A stretch of DNA of 63,632 bases, filler included, from Collodictyon triciliatum (taxonomy: Eukaryota): assembly GCA_043381765.1 (NCBI GenBank). It is 14 parts of 14 records of this genome, joined end to end, with 100 filler letters (N's around TTAATTAATTAA, not from the genome) between each part and the next. Parts side by side here need not be neighbours in the genome. Positions count along the whole stretch, not along the records: positions 50,631 to 56,892 come from JBHJMP010006027.1; positions 56,993 to 61,487 come from JBHJMP010006030.1; positions 61,588 to 63,632 come from JBHJMP010006069.1; 11 more parts are not named here. One strand, given 5' to 3'. A program made the translations under genes and the position numbers. Under the pieces are notes generated by a model. The model saw only the letters and a program-made list of their open reading frames with translations. It was not told where the DNA came from and did no database searches. Positions 52,599 to 63,632 of this stretch are shown piece by piece (position 1 is the stretch's first letter; every line of letters starts with the position of its first letter).

Positions 52599-54944
52599 TC
52601 AACTCTTTGACCAAGAGGCGCGTTGTGAGCGAACTTCTAGAAAAACTGCTGATGTATTCCAACCTTTCTCTTGCAGGGATTGGCGGAATTTTTCTTTGTT
52701 ATCGAGCGTAAAGCTTTTACTCTCTGCAATCATAGAATGTATCTGACTCCATCTTTCAGCAGCGTCTTCTGACAAAGTCGCAGAGCCCAGAAGCTGCTTC
52801 ATCTTCCCAGCGTGCAGAGAGGCCGCAAGAAGGTCAGGTGTTTGCGCTTTTTCATGGAATACCTGGTTTATATCACAAAATTATAAACAACCCATTTGAA
52901 AATATGAGACCGTTCATATATTTTTTTTTCTATCGTCAGGTGAGTCATCACAAGATGAAGGGTATTTCGCCGCATGCCCAGGATGTAGAAATCTTGCTCG
53001 AAAAGTTCGATGAGAGATGCGAGTTGGCCTGGAGTGTGAGTTATGCTGTCCACTCGGCTTCCCATCCTTAGGTGTGCGTGTGCAGGGCCCTAGATATTCG
53101 TGATGCTTCAATCATGCGCATATTTTGACGTGATTTTCTTTCTCATATATGTTTAATAATTTATTTTTTTGCTATGGTTTCTTTATGGTTTTGAAAGGCA
53201 AACCTTATCTATGGCGGGCAAGGGAAACTTCATGAAAGATTCACGATTCTGCATGAAATCTGGTGTCGGAACCGACTCGCCATTAACATAGCTGTTGACA
53301 AGGTGACCCATGCGCTCTGGATTTAAGGAACAGAGTCGCACATGTTGAAGAGCTTTTGAGACCGAGAAAAGATGGAGGCTTCCTAGGACAAAATACGCCT
53401 GCCGAAAAGAAAAAAAAATCAGGTATGCATGAATGATATTTCTATGAAAAAAGTCTTTTTTTTTTTAATTTTTACTGTACATCACAGAGGTTTTGCAAAG
53501 GAAGCATCGTGATAGAACCTGCAAGGATGGGACAAAAGAATTGCCCATAAATGAAGAAATAAGCAGCCCCATCCAAAGCCCAACCATATTTGACGCAATC
53601 AGTTGTGATGTTGCTTTTGCAGTGACTGAAAAGCGGGTGTAATTACTCGTGAAATCAGTCTCATTTCAATTTGAAAGTAATTGGCAAGTTGTTTATTATT
53701 ACATAGATAAAGGATATTTCAACATGTGTGCACTTACTATCGCCCATGTTCATCATTTTGGAAAAGCTAAAGTGGATGGCTGCTCTTGATGCACCACCTG
53801 CCGACCATGCAAGGCCTTTCATAAGGTTGGCTGTTGCACCCAGTGGCAGAAACAAGTGTGGTAGCAGAAGCGTCATGATTTCAAGGCCAATGCCCACCTT
53901 TAAAATGAGTTTGTCTTTGTATGAAAGAGAGAAATAAAGGGGAAAGATTCTGATATTGCTCTATGGTAAGAAAAAAAACTAAAACGAAGAGAAGTGTACA
54001 GCTATTTTATAAAATAAAGAGGCTATATTCAGATCCAAACGCACCTGCAGCATGATGTTGGAGCGAAAGGACCATCTTTTCGGGTACAAATCGAATCTGT
54101 TTCCTAGTTTTGATGCCACCAGAATATTTCCAAGCGAGCCAAGCCCGTCTTTGAGGACCCAGTTGATTCCAGCAGAAGCCACCTTCAAAGAACAGATGAG
54201 TTAGTATCATGCAATTTTGTCTCTCACTTTTTTTTTCATTTCATGACGGACAGTTTCAAAAATGAATTAAAATGAAATCGATAAGAATGGACAATTAAGC
54301 TATCTGCATCCTTCGTTCTTCGTATTTTTTTTTGTTTAAGCACTTAATGAGACAACAAAGGATGATATTATCGGCTAGTTACCTTTGCAGTTTGGTCACC
54401 GACGCCCACCGATGCAAGCAACGCCTGAGTCGCCAAGACTGCAATCATAGTACATAAATTTTAGCAAAATATACACATCGTCAACTGATTCATGTAATTG
54501 TGGTAAATCTTTTCAAGTTTCCATATTTTCATATCCACCTCCGCATGCAGACTCATTTTGGAGGTCGGGGTGCATTGTTTACAAATAATATTCAACAAAA
54601 GGATCATCAACGTGTGGTTCATTAAAAAGAAGCATTAAAAAAAAGAGGAAAAAAGAGACTAATAGTTCACCTCCTGCAGCAGAACTAAAGAGTGAGCCGC
54701 ACGCAATCCATGACACATATTGGGCGTAACCTTCCCCAACTGAATGCGGATATCCGTGTGGGAAAAAGGACTTGCGGATCTGCATTCGACCCCTTTCTAG
54801 CCATTTCCCTACCAGAGTCGGTGGGACTTCTGCTGTCCCGTCTTCTCTCAAACTCGAATGGTCGAGCCCAGCCTGGGTTTTGTCCATCGCATATTCCGGC
54901 TTATCCAGTAAAGTCTTGTCAGTATTCCACAAGTTACAATTCAT
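52599..54944 (-). CDS. RUS1/DUF647 (ROOT UVB SENSITIVE / C16orf58) family protein, multi-exon, 5' partial
   Basis: FFPHGYPHSVGEGY, VLATQALL..VGVG, INWVLKDGLG..G, FDLYPKRW, GIGLEI.T, ASRAAIHFSF..NMGDVTAKA.SQ, LNPER. Confidence 0.92.
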
Positions 54945-55051
54945 TCGATTTTTTTTGTTTTTTGTTTTTTTGTTTCTTTGTTTTTTTGTTTCTTTGTTTT
55001 TTTGTTTTTTTGTTTCTTTGTTTCTTTGTTTCTTAGTATCTTAGTTTCTTT

Positions 55052-55128
<77 letters not shown>

Positions 55129-57094
55129 NNNNNNNNNNNNNNNNNNNNNNNNNNNNNNNNNNNNNNNNNNNNNNNNNNNNNNNNNNNNNNNNNNNNNNNN
55201 NNNNNNNNNNNNNNNNNNNNNNNNNNNNNNNNNNNNNNNNNNNNNNNNNNNNNNNNNNNNNNNNNNNNNNNNNNNNNNNNNNNNNNNNNNNNNNNNNNNN
55301 NNNNNNNNNNNNNNNNNNNNNNNNNNNNNNNNNNNNNNNNNNNNNNNNNNNNNNNNNNNNNNNNNNNNNNNNNNNNNNNNNNNNNNNNNNNNNNNNNNNN
55401 NNNNNNNNNNNNNNNNNNNNNNNNNNNNNNNNNNNNNNNNNNNNNNNNNNNNNNNNNNNNNNNNNNNNNNNNNNNNNNNNNNNNNNNNNNNNNNNNNNNN
55501 NNNNTTTTTGTTTTTTGTTTTTTGTTTTTTTGTTTTTTGTTTTTTGTTTTTTGTTTTTTGTTTTTTGTTTTTTGTTTTTTTGTTTTTTGTTTGGTGGTTT
55601 CTTTTTTATTGACAGAGACAAACCTTTTCCGAGGAGGCCACGCGAGACAAGTGAAAGGCAACTTTGGACGAGCCGACGTTTTGCTGTATGTGGTAGGAGC
55701 GGACGAGACCGTGCGAGGAAGCGGCAAAGCAGCGGATTTGAGCCGCAGTCAGCTTCAGCATCCCGAGCAAGTCCTGGACGCTATTGCAGTCAGAAAGCGA
55801 GAGACTTGCGGGTGTGCGTGACTAAACACTCGCCAAAGAACAATACAACAGCGACAGCTATAGAGCAGCCAAAAAGAATGAAAAAAAAGGAGAAGAAGAA
55901 GAAGAAAAAGAAAAAGAAAAAGAAATACAGATGAATGGAAAAAAAAAATCAATCGGAAAAGACGTCAACGCGAATCCGACGCGGTTTCGTGTGTCATGTG
56001 TTGCGCGAGAAGGGTGGTTGAAAAGGCGTGTAATCAAAGAAGGGTGGTGCGAATCTTTCCTTCCCAACAGACACACGAAGCGCGTGAGACACACAGAGTT
56101 GTGCCGGACAAAGGAAGCTGCCTATAACGCTTGAAGCCGACTTGCCGAACAAAGTCGCAGAGAGGCCAAGCAAAGTGGAGGAGAAAGGGAGGAAATAAGG
56201 GGAACGAGTCGGCTTTGCGGATCGATTTACAAAGCAGCCGCACGCACAACCTAACGCCAAACACCTTCCACACAAAGCACACAAACATCTTTATGTGCGT
56301 ATATACATACGTGCATGCATATATGCACAAGTACTTAACGTCCCTTATCCCGTCGGCTCGATGCCTACAGAGGCTAATTATATGGCAGAGCCCAGCGGAC
56401 GCGACATCCCAAAGGCCTCTTCGAACTGCGGCTCTTCTGTCTTGTCTGAGTGGTATGTAACATCTCTTTTTGCGCCTCTTGCAAGGAATGTGATAAAAGA
56501 AAAGGCGAGTAGGGAGGATAGGTTGTCGTGTTTTCGCAGCGCCCCAGAGCTTATTTTGCTTGTGGTGGTCCTCTCTTTGTGTACAGCAAAGGAAGTCTCC
56601 GTCATTCACAAGCTCATGCATACCGATTCGACTCAGGGCCGCGCGAAGATCTCTCGAGTTCACAAGCCCGAGCCAAGGAAGTCGTTCCAACCCATCTTCG
56701 TACAAGACTGGAGAAAGTCCGCTCAGTCATAGTTCCCTCACAAGAAACACGTTGAAGGTTCACTTTCTTTTTTCTTTTTTCTTTTTTCTTTTTTCTTTTT
56801 TCTTTTTTCTTTTTTCTTTTTTCTTTTTTCTTTTTTCTTTTTTCTTTTTTCTTTTTTCTTTTTTTTATTTTTCTTTTTTCTTTTTTCTTTTTNNNNNNNN
56901 NNNNNNNNNNNNNNNNNNNNNNNNNNNNNNNNNNNNTTAATTAATTAANNNNNNNNNNNNNNNNNNNNNNNNNNNNNNNNNNNNNNNNNNNNTAATAGTA
57001 ATAGTAATAGTAATAGTAATAGTAATAGTAATAGTAATAGTAATAGTAATAGTAATAGTAATAGTAATAGTAATAGTAATAGTAATAATAATTA

Positions 57095-57246
57095 CTTTGT
57101 CTCTTTTGCTTTGGTTCCTTCTTTTCTGCCGGCTTTGCAGCTGCCGTTTTTCCTCGCCCACGAGTCTTGGGAGCTTCGGATACAGCTACAGAGGGCTCCA
57201 CAGGAGATAGCTCCACCTCGATGCCATCCGACCCGGAATCTGACAT
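57095..57246 (-). CDS. First exon of an unidentified Lys-rich protein, truncated by contig end
   Basis: MSDSGSDGIEVELSPVEPS..KPAEKKEPKQKRQ followed by a GT and a microsatellite. Confidence 0.35.
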
Positions 57247-58298
57247 TATTCGCGATGTATGATTGCGATTGCTATGCTATGGGCATAGTTAGATTGTGCC
57301 GTGTTCAGAGACTGTGTGTTTGTAACAGAAACAGGAACAGCCAGATATACGAAGTTGAATGCTGGTGCGATGTATAGGGTAATTTTGTATGCATTCTGTG
57401 TATCCCTTGTCCCAGGAAATGTTGATGGTGTTGTTGTTTTTCTTTGTTGTCTTTGTGACATATACCCTGCGCGTTGGAGCAATCGTATTTATAGCTTCGC
57501 AATGCAGCTCAAACGGCGGCTGGCTGGCAGGTGGCAGTTGCTCCCCTTATTTTCGGCGAACTGTCATCTGCAAATGTGGAATTTAAATAGCGATTCATCG
57601 ACGACCACAACCAATCTGCAAAGACCCTATACAAGCACCACAAATCATATGGCTGCATACAATGCATGCAGTAAAACAAAACATGGTGATTGTTACTCTG
57701 CCAATAGGTTGCTATTGCAAATATTGGACATGATGTGGTGATTATGATATCGTGGGCGCAAACACAAACCCAAAACAGCATTGAACGCCGTGCTGGAATG
57801 TCGTCAGGTGGATTCGTAACCAACTTCGTGAAGGCCCGGCCGGCACCACCCACACGCATCCCAGTCGCAACCAGAAGCTGCCTGTTTGTTGGGATAACGG
57901 GCCGACACTGAAGCATCCAAGATAAATCCGAGCCCACTAGCATCACACACAACAGACCATCCTGCGCAGGAAGAAATATTCATCAAGTCCCGCAGCAGCT
58001 TGTGAGGCAAGTGCCCAAACTGACGGAGCTTTCTGATTTCAATACGCTCCAGAACTAACGCACCAACAGCGGCTTGTTCCCTGTGTGCGACAAAAGAGCC
58101 AGAGCTTGTTGCATTGAATGCTTCCTTGAGGCAATGTCGAGTTATCCTGAGTGATTTTAGAGTATTCTGTGGGGGTATCAGAGCATGGGTTTACGGATAT
58201 GCCGCCTTTTGAGAGATATCACAGCTTCTTTCATGCCGATTAATCTTTGCCTATGCGTGCCTTGCTCTGTATAATGCCGCTGGTGAAGAAGACATCCG

Positions 58299-58497
58299 AT
58301 GGCATCTACACTTGCGTCTCGCATAGCCCAAGCGCTCTCCACAAACGCTGGCCGTAAAGCACAGCACGACCTATACAACGAGTTCTACTCTTTCCCTCCC
58401 GCAACGCGCGTTGCCATTCGCAATGAGGTATGCATTCCCTCCGATGCAGCTGTCATCAAAACCGATTATCTGGATAAACTCCATCACATATGAAAAG

Positions 58498-58594
<97 letters not shown>

Positions 58595-58917
58595 TTTCTG
58601 AAGTTTAAGGACGAGGTTTCTTATGACGAGCTGCCTATTCAAAAAAGATTCATCAGCCTTCTATTCAACCCATACTTTCTTTCCCCTTACCTGGTGGGGC
58701 GTTTTCCTTTTCTTCTTTTCTCCTCAAGATTATCAAGCAGCTTCCGCAAGACTTGGTCAAGTCCATCGGGTCCGAGTTCTCGCGCCCAGCCAACAACCCT
58801 GTCAAGCACATCTTGATAGCCGTCGGGCTCGGGTTGGGTGTTAGTCACTTCTGGTTCAGTGCCCACGCCGAAAATGTCAAGCGCGCCGAAGAATACTACG
58901 CCAATCTTGACAAGTAA
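58299..58917 (+). CDS. 135-aa protein with COX6C/Cox9/plant COX5C-like C-terminus (exons 58299-58427, 58604-58693, 58729-58917)
   Basis: Three in-frame GT-AG exons; C-terminus NPVKHILIAVGLGLGVSHFWFSAHAENVKRAEEYYANLDK* has the TM + W + (F/Y)Y pattern of this cytochrome c oxidase subunit family. Confidence 0.55.
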
Positions 58918-59400
58918 ACCAAGAAGCAAGCAAAGAAGAAAAAGGAAGAGAATGAGAGAAAGAATCAGAAAGCAGGATGATGAAACAGAGAAAGTATGAA
59001 ATAAAGATTGGCAAAATCCTTCACCCGACCTCAAAGCTCTCGCCAAGCTGGCTCTTGATGAGTTGGACAATACTGAAAGTCACTCCGTGCTAATGACTTG
59101 AACAGTAAGTATTTCGCTGTGCTCGATCTGTGCGGAGACAGGCTGAGATATATGTTCTTCAGTGACAAGTGATTTTATAAAACCAAAAAAAAATAATAAT
59201 AAGGAAAATAAAAAAGTTCATAGAGAATATCGCTATCAACCTCAATCCATACAGCTCAAAATAATCATTCAATATCACCACCGACAAATTGCGAAGGTAT
59301 GGACGACAATAGAATAAGCGCTTGGTTTCTTATTGTTTTTAAAGATGCATATGTCTGAGGATAAGTTTGATGTATTTGGGTTGTTTTGCGCCAGGGCATC

Positions 59401-61270
59401 CTATCGAACCCATGATTCAGGTCGCTTTGTGCCCATCAAAGAAATCAACACAGGGAAGAGCACCAGTCCATGTAGCAGACCAAAGAAGATGATTCCGAAC
59501 ATCATCTGAAAATTGTTGTTGTTAACAATACTAATGAATACCAACACCAATAATACTAAAAATCTTTTTGTAATAGCAATTGAAGAAAAGGCTGCATGAA
59601 TATACAAAAAATAGTTAATTATTGTCCTGAAACAGGCAGAATTGGTTTCCAGGTATGAGACAACAAACCTTAAAGAAAATGCGGAATCCCTCTGATGTGG
59701 TGAAGGCCAGCATGCTGATACCTAGGAGAGTACTCACTCCACCATTCAGAACAGACGCTCCTATTTCGGTCAAAGAGCCCACAGTCATGTCCTGCCTGAT
59801 GGAAAAGATTAGGTTGTACTCATGACCAACTTTTATAGACAGAGCACGAAAAATGATAATGTGGCGTATCACAAAACGTCCTGTGTTCTCCCTGGTATTT
59901 AACTAATCCGAATAATTGATGGAGTAGAAGCCAAATGTGAATAGGAATAGAATCACCTCGAGCCGGAGTGGTTAAAGTATGCGATTGCGATATGTGCACA
60001 GTAATCAACGGATAGACCTGTAGTTATAAGTTTTTTTTTTGTTTTTTTTTGTTTGATTGTCTGTCTTCCTTACATTAAGTGTCAGTCTGTCTGTTTGTCT
60101 CATCACGACTTTTTACCCTATACACCTTCAAAATAGCGATGCATATAATTATGCAGCAAACTGTATTCAGAGTGGGTTGTATGTTCGAGCCTACCGACAG
60201 CCATGGCGAGACAAATGAATGATGCAGCATCAAGGGGGACACCCCAACCCTTCATGATGATCCCAAAGATGTCGATATCTGAGTCCCAAAATCACACAAA
60301 TAAATACGCATAATTAAATACACATGATATATAATCATGTGTAAAACTTGCGAGCTACGGAAATGATAGGAAACAAATATACACCCTCGTCCCTGAGACT
60401 TGGGTTGATATGGCTATGTTGAATTATGAACACAAGTACCAATTAGAATCACGCAGGCCGTAACAATGAAGGCTGAGCGGACATCAAGGAACAGTAGGAG
60501 ACAGACCAGGACGGCAACTTTCAAATAAAAATTAAGATATGAATTCGCTAATACGGCAGGACTCATTCTGTGTATATAGAAAAGTGAGGAAAACTAAAAG
60601 AGAAAAATATTTAACATATGATGAAAAATATCCGATAATGCCGGGTATATCATAATCCCGATATGAAATCTCTGCGCACTCACGACAGGCCAATCCCAGA
60701 TTTTGGATGGTTATTTGCTGGATATTCCTATAGATAAAGTCAATATATAAATATATTAAATATTAAAATGGAGTTCAAAAGAAAGCAAGAATACAATTGC
60801 GCAAAAATCATCCTCACTCATCACGGTCAGCGTATATGAACCATTCACAATACAAGAATCCATCAAGACCAACGTTTTCAAATTTTTCCTCCACAGCATT
60901 CTTGTCATCGACTTCAGTGAATAAATTTTCAATTAATGATGGATTTCAACGATAGGATGGGAGAGAGCCTCTCATATAAATTAAATTTAGATATTTTATA
61001 ATGATTTGTTAATTACCTCTGTCTATTGGGTCATTTCGATATCGTATAAGGAGATTGATTCTGCTAGCCTTCAGCATTCCGTTGGAATCAAAAATCAAAT
61101 CGCGTTGGTATTTCCTGTTACATACATATACCAGAGAAAAAGAAAAAGAAAAAGAATTCAACTGAACTGGTTCATGTTTCGATGCATTTTTCCATTGTTT
61201 TTATGCAATATCACTATCATACTTGTAGCTCTCAATATCAAGGAATTCAGGCAGGGCTTCGTAGAATCCA
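59401..61270 (-). CDS. Patched/NPC1-family (RND) membrane protein, C-terminal part
   Basis: WGVPLDAASFICLAMAVGLSVDYCAHI, SLTEIGASVLNGGVSTLLGISMLAF..S..FRIFFKMMFGIIFFGLLHGLVLFPVL. Confidence 0.9.
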
Positions 61271-61587
61271 TCTCCAATAATACTAAATAATAAATAAATA
61301 AATTAGAGTTATGCTTATTTTCTTGTTTTCAATTAGTTATGTTAATTTACAAATAAGAAGCCTACTTTTACGATTTGACACGTACTAGAAGAGAGAGAAA
61401 GAGAGAGAAAGAGAGAGAAAGAGAGAGAAAGAGAGAGAAAGAGAGAGAAAGAGAGAGAAAGAGAGAGAAAGAGAGAGAAAGAGAGAGNNNNNNNNNNNNN
61501 NNNNNNNNNNNNNNNNNNNNNNNNNNNNNNNTTAATTAATTAANNNNNNNNNNNNNNNNNNNNNNNNNNNNNNNNNNNNNNNNNNNN

Positions 61588-61628
<41 letters not shown>

Positions 61629-61758
61629 AAAAAAACAAAAAAACAAAAAAACAAAAAAAACAAAAAAAACAAAAAAACAAAAACGAGAAAACAGAAAATC
61701 AGAAGTTATACATCATTTTCCCCCTTTATTCGATTCAAAGAGAAGTGACGTATCATAG

Positions 61759-62466
61759 ATGAACGATTCAGAAACTCATCAGTCCCTGGTACCGGCAACC
61801 GAAAAAGAGCCATGGGGCAGATTAATATTCATAGGCGGAGTAGAGAAACCCATCGACCTATTCAAAGAAGTTTGTTTTTCGTTGTAGAAAACATAAACCA
61901 TATTACTATTACTATTACCGTTACTATTGAATATTCTCGTTCGACCTACCGCTTCTTCTCTTGCCCAACCTGTGTAAATGATGGTTTATTGAAAGAAGAA
62001 TAAAAAAATGCGTAAATGGTTGTTCTTTAGGTAGAGACAGTTGGTAGAGAAACAACTAACACGTTCCAGATTAACGACTCACGGGTCAGCAGGACTCATT
62101 TTTCTATCAAAAGGAGTGGGACTGAAATCTTTTTGTACAACTCAGGAAGGTTTAGCTATATTTCCATCGCTCGAATTCTTGGGGGATACCAACACATATT
62201 GAGAGAGTTTTTTTTATCACCATCATATTGATTGATTGATTGAAGTATTCTTTCGATTCATATATACTACAGTAATGGCACCTTTGTCAATGGCGAGCAA
62301 GTGTTACATGGACAGTCAGTGTCTATAAGATCAGGAGACCAAATTACCGTCCTGTATAAAACAGTGGATGAGCTAAGAGAAGATCAAGCGAAAGGTGTTT
62401 TGAAAAATTACTTTTTCAAGTGCTTTCATGATTATTCTAATGAAAATCCTGGCAATCTACGCGAAC

Positions 62467-62509
<43 letters not shown>

Positions 62510-62513
62510 AAAA

Positions 62514-62563
<50 letters not shown>

Positions 62564-63527
62564 ATGGCCTTTTTACTTCGTATTAACTTATGAATTATGG
62601 GGTTTCATAGGGAACTCAAAGCATGTCCCCGTTTTTGAATTCCTTAACTATGAGGATTTATCGAGCAAAGATGGAGACTACTTTTCCACCGTATTTTTTT
62701 CATTTTAATCTCATTAGATTGATACTTGTGAGGTTAATCAATCATAACAACTCACCAAAGTATATCCAAAATCAAGGACAACTTTTTCCAAAAATATAAA
62801 ATAGAACGTGAATTAGGAAGGTATTAATATAATAAAATTTTATTGGTGTAAGATCCTTTTGTAACAATAAACGTGATATTTAATCGAAATCTGATTATTC
62901 TTTTTTTACTGCAAAATAACAATTTTATTGACGAAGTAATTTTATTATCGAAGTGGAACAAGTGGCGTGGTATCGAGGGGAATAAACAAGATCACGAAAG
63001 AAGTTGTTGCCATTAAAATAATAAAAAATATGATGAAGAAAAATGCTCCTTTGCACCTGGACCCAGTGATGAAAGAGGTGCATCGTCTGTTCATTTCCTG
63101 ACTATTCTTACATATTGTGCATTGATAAGCCTTCAAGTATTTTGTCATAACACCTTTTCTCTAAATTGTAGTTGGCAATCTTGCAAGAATTGAACCATCC
63201 ATACATCGCGAGAGTAATTGAATCGTTTAGGACTCAGAAAGAGTACCGTATAGTCATGGAATAGTTTGTTTCCTTTACATGGCTCCAAAACATTTATGAG
63301 CAGTTTGCTTTCCTATTCACCTACATTTTCTATCATTATTTACTCACTTTTGAATGAGCGATGGTGTAACGATATCATTTTATTACAGCGTCGAAGGCAT
63401 GGGTTTATTTGATTTTATTGAAAACGCTACATTATGCAATGAGCAAAATATAAGAATTGTGATGAAACAAATTCTGGAAGCTATATCCTATCTTCATCAA
63501 AAGGGAATAGCCCACCGTGATATCAAG
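61759..63527 (+). CDS. FHA-domain Ser/Thr kinase (Chk2/Rad53-like architecture), 3' truncated
   Basis: PWGRL, FHA motifs VGRE..SRVSRTH..SNGTFVNG; kinase motifs ELGSGTSGVV, VAIKII, LNHPYI, YLHQKGIAHRDIK. Confidence 0.92.
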
Positions 63528-63632
63528 GTTTCATCCATATCCCCCCCCCCCCCCCCCCCCCCGTTTTTTTTTTTTTTATAAACATATCACCACTCTCCAA
63601 CTGTTATCTGTATTTATTTTTTTTTTTTTTTT

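Overview
This window is not contiguous genome. It holds about 14 unrelated contigs of roughly 4.5 kb, nearly size-sorted, joined by artificial 100-bp linkers (44 N + TTAATTAATTAA + 44 N); most break at microsatellites. The source is an AT-rich, intron-rich eukaryote, probably a flagellated protist (inferred from axonemal dynein). Recognisable genes: a DH-PH RhoGEF, an LRR/Cys-rich multi-TM receptor with eight 69-bp single-LRR exons, CH-DUF4062 and DUF4062-NACHT gene pieces that may be one gene, an axonemal dynein heavy chain, an Isy1-like protein, an intronless WD40 + Cys-rich tandem-repeat ORF, a RUS/DUF647 gene, a COX6C/Cox9-like gene, a Patched/NPC1-like gene and an FHA-kinase. Decayed sequences: WDR27-like, alcohol dehydrogenase and NHL-repeat pseudogenes, plus RLE-type and L1-type non-LTR retrotransposons. 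The standout is a decayed Fanzor (TnpB-like RuvC) gene on the minus strand of contig 1, followed by a structured omega-RNA-like tail. A second copy of that tail (~77% identical by manual alignment) sits on a different contig at ~45.2 kb with no nuclease gene nearby, suggesting an orphan or trans-acting guide-RNA scaffold. All family calls come from manual translation and motif recognition, not database searches.
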